Assembly (NCBI RefSeq): GCF_001194135.2
Contig: NC_068984.1
Span: 145,999,208-146,063,207 of the forward strand
Direction: 5' to 3'
Length of the DNA: 64,000 nucleotides
Origin: Octopus bimaculoides
Taxonomy: Eukaryota
Below are positions 60,695 to 64,000 of this stretch, in pieces. Each line of letters begins with the position of its first letter. Position 1 is the first letter of the stretch. The notes below the pieces were generated by a model. That model was not told where the DNA came from and searched no databases. It was given only the letters and a program-made list of their open reading frames with translations. The position numbers were made by a program, and so were the translations under genes.

Positions 60695-60735
<41 letters not shown>

Positions 60736-60742
<7 letters not shown>

Positions 60743-61021
60743 GTAGTATATTGCCACTTAAGTGTGGCTGACCCCTAGGGGTNNNNNNNNNNNNNNNNNN
60801 NNNNNNNNNNNNNNNNNNNNNNNNNNNNNNNNNNNNNNNNNNNNNNNNNNNNNNNNNNNNNNNNNNNNNNNNNNNNNNNNNNNNNNNNNNNNNNNNNNNN
60901 NNNNNNNNNNNNNNNNNNNNNNNNNNNNNNNNNNNNNNNNNNNNNNNNNNNNNCTAAAAGCAACAGTAACATCCACCCCTAGGGGTCAGTCACACTTAAG
61001 TGGCAATATACTACACTTTAT
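60736..61021. mobile_element. Inverted-repeat element with 47-bp arms around a gap, next to (TA)n
   Basis: 60736-60782 versus 60975-61021, one mismatch. Confidence 0.75.
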
Positions 61022-61063
61022 CGTGCAGTTACTGTTAATACTTCATTTAGAGAATTAACATTG

Positions 61064-61096
<33 letters not shown>

Positions 61097-61129
61097 TTAT
61101 ATGACCTGGCTCTTTATTGGTTATAATGA

Positions 61130-61415
61130 CGACAAGTGTTCTAGTTGATCTGATCAACAAAACAGCCTGCTCATGAAATTAACATGCAAGTGGCTGAGTA
61201 CTCCATGGACATATGTACGTAATTCTCAGCGTAGTTCTCAGAGAGAAATTCAGTGACACAGACTGTGACAAGGGTGGCTCGTTTGTATACAGGTACAACT
61301 CATTTTCACCATCTGAATGGACAGGAACAACATGGAATAAAAAGTATCTTGCTGAAGGATACAATGCACCTCTGGGAATCAAGCAACGTTACAAATACCC
61401 TAGCCACAAAGCCAT
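61130..61415 (-). mobile_element. SINE family C, degraded
   Basis: ctagttgatctgatcaac..aacagcctgctc...gtggctgagtactcc..., matching 28410-28726. Confidence 0.7.
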
Positions 61416-61665
61416 ACGCGCACACACATACGTGCATACATGCACATGCACACACACACACACACATGCACACACTTAGTGTTGGCAGAAAGAGTACTCA
61501 ATACCATAATAGAGATTAATAATGTTCTATTTTGATTGATTCTCTTCTTGTTTTGAGCTTCACCTGTAGGTGTGGTGTGTCTTGAGACAAATTGCGACTG
61601 GAAAATGATAGACTTTACATATGGGATTGCTGTTGTGGGGTGTGATGTTGAAAGGCAGATCTCTT

Positions 61666-61696
<31 letters not shown>

Positions 61697-61733
61697 CTTT
61701 AAATATGATATGTGACAATTATTCGGTAGCCAT

Positions 61734-61794
61734 GATAAAACTCTGATTTTCGGATGTTGGGGTGGAAACCCACGCCACCATCTCTTCAGTTATC
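61734..61794 (-). ncRNA. Minimal type I hammerhead-like fold (left arm)
   Basis: GAUAA-CUGAAGA-GAUG..22nt..CAUC-C-GAAA-AUC a GAG-UU^UUAUC. Stem I is intact; A15.2-G16.2 mismatch. Confidence 0.6.
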
Positions 61795-61829
61795 GGGCCA
61801 TCAAAAAAATGAATTTTTTTCGATGGCCC

Positions 61830-61890
61830 AACAACTGAAGAGATGGTGGCTTGGGTTTCCACCCCGACATCCGAAAATCAGAGTTTTATC
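61830..61890 (+). ncRNA. Mirror hammerhead-like fold (right arm), stem I weakened
   Basis: AACAA-CUGAAGA-GAUG...CAUC-C-GAAA-AUCAGAG-UU^UUAUC. Two substitutions in the stem I 5' strand relative to the left arm. Confidence 0.5.
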
Positions 61891-64000
61891 ATGGCTACCG
61901 AATAATTGTCACATATTACATTTACAGATAAATTCCTCCAAATATATAGTATCGAAGTCTCTTTCATTCTTTTGTTGTCTTACCATTTCTATCAATATAT
62001 ATATATATATATATANNNNNNNNNNNNNNNNNNNNNNNNNNNNNNNNNNNNNNNNNNNNNNNNNNNNNNNNNNNNNNNNNNNNNNNNNNNNNNNNNNNNN
62101 NNNNNNNNNNNNNNNNNNNNNNNNNNNNNNNNNNNNNNNNNNNNNNNNNNNNNNNNNNNNNNNNNNNNNNNNNNNNNNNNNNNNNNNNNNNNNNNNNNNN
62201 NNNNNNNNNNNNNNNNNNNNNNNNNNNNNNNNNNNNNNNNNNNNNNNNNNNNNNNNNNNNNNNNNNNNNNNNNNNNNNNNNNNTGAATAAATCGATATAT
62301 CGAATTTGAAGTCTCTGTCTCTTTTGAATATGAAAATTTAAAAGTTTAAAAACCTTATAATATAAATATAAACTGTGAGAACGACCCTTAAGGAATCTAG
62401 TTAATGATCCCCTAAGGTAAGTTCTTATGCTATATTGGTAACGGTTGCTACATCCTCTGGAAAATTATTATATATATATATATCGTATCAGAACCGTTAC
62501 CCCCCCCCTGGTTAATTACCTCCATCTCCAATATATTAAGAAGTTTTAAATCATCATCTGTTGTTCTCAAGGCTAATTGTCCTTGGGGATGTTATTGTCC
62601 ATGGAGGCAGGAATGCCCTAGACTCATATGTATGTATGTATGATGATATATAGCAACTATATTGAAGAAGAGCCATTTAATAACACCAAACTTTAGTTAC
62701 ATGACAAAAATTTTGATGCTTCATGAAATAAATTTAAGTTTCTAATGAATTTAACTGCTTTGTGTACTAATAAATGACTCTTTCGTGATGAAGTTGTTTC
62801 CTTTTCAATATACAGCCTCAGTAACTCGCTTGACAAGTACAACTCTGAAATATATGTATGTGTATATAAAAAGAGAGAGAGAGAAAGAGGCGTGTCTGTC
62901 TATATATATTTTCATGCATTCACTGAAAATCTAGGTGAGGTGATAGTCATTAAGGTTAGACAGAATACCTTGCAGTTTTTTTTTTTCTCTCTCCATTTCC
63001 GTGTTCAGATGTCACCGAGGAGATCATCTTGGCATTTTATCATTTCAGGGTTGATAAAAAAATACTGATCAAAGGCAGTTGGTTGCTGTAACTGTTAAGG
63101 AATCAGATCAGAAACATTACAGTTTCCTGTTGTAGCTCTTTCTATGTGGATGATAAATACCTGCAGTGACCCTGGTGCTGTGTTGGCCGTGCTGTTCCTT
63201 TGGGCATGGGCAGTAGCATACAAAGAAATGGGTTGCATGTATCAGCAATTACTGACCTTCCACCTTTCCAAGGCCTGTGGCTCGGAGAGGAACTTACCAG
63301 GTGCAGCAATCCATGGTCAGCTATGACTACATAAAGCCCTGCTACTTAGGGAGAGAGAGAGGGGCTCTCTTATCACTTGAATGAATGAAGCTTCAGCTGG
63401 ACATAACTGCACAGTTTTCTTATTTTTATGTTTTGTCATGTCACCTGATGCAGGAATTTAGGCCTATCTACGATTTGCAGATCTGGTTGCAGACACTGCA
63501 ATAGTGCCATAATGAAATAAGATGTTCAGCCATAAAACTCAATATAATGACAGCAAGCCAGCAACAGATTTAAACACTTATCTATAAGTTGGTAGTTAAA
63601 TATTTTATTTACTCAGTCATTTCAACTCTAGTAAAATATAACAATGCCATCCTCAGCCTGAGTTTTTGGCTTTTATTTGAAGGATTCGAAGGTTTTGGCA
63701 TTCGAGAAACGTTGGGTCTAAAGTTGGTCTTCCCTTCTGTAAGGCTGTGTGTGTTTCTTTCTGCTTTGAAAGATGAATGGTTCATAACCTGTAATGTTTA
63801 CTGCCACTGCAATGATGAATGCAGGCAGGTAAAGCACAGCTAAAACTCCCTCGCTGCACTCAGTTATCCTCCTACTCATCATGCCTACGCTCTCTCTCTC
63901 TCTCCCCCCCCCCNNNNNNNNNNNNNNNNNNCCCTCACAGCCATTATTTCAGTCTGCACTAATTCTTTAACCTTACACCACTCCTACCAACCTCATTGTT

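Larger units (their letters stand above)
61708..61916. mobile_element. Fold-back palindrome (~102-bp arms, 4-5-nt loop) with a hammerhead motif in each arm
   Basis: atatgtgacaattattcggtagcc...ccatcaaaaaaa tgaa tttttttcgatgg...ggctaccgaataattgtcacatat. (TA)n on both sides. Confidence 0.9.

Overview
AT-rich, microsatellite-dense eukaryotic DNA with 11 N gaps, most flanked by (TA)n or other simple repeats. The repeat families (tRNA-derived SINEs including a CORE-type SINE, and RTE 3' ends with (GAT)n tails) resemble those of octopus/coleoid cephalopod genomes; this is an inference from recalled families, not a database search. No intact long protein-coding ORF is present. Nearly all ORFs in the supplied track are translations of microsatellites, gaps or decayed transposons. 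Supported content: dozens of SINE/RTE copies; fossils of RTE, CR1, R4/Dong-type, NeSL/Utopia-type, Gypsy, pogo/Tigger and possibly Academ elements; several MITEs; a Helentron-type HINE; and a few short candidate exons and promoters (best: 33.4-36.9 kb, + strand). The most notable signals are (i) minimal hammerhead-ribozyme folds from at least five unrelated sequence families, one of them inside a tRNA-headed SINE-like element and two inside long fold-back palindromes, and (ii) same-strand nests of R4/Dong-type retroelement ends joined by (TAA)n. Boundaries were read by eye and are approximate unless a motif is quoted.
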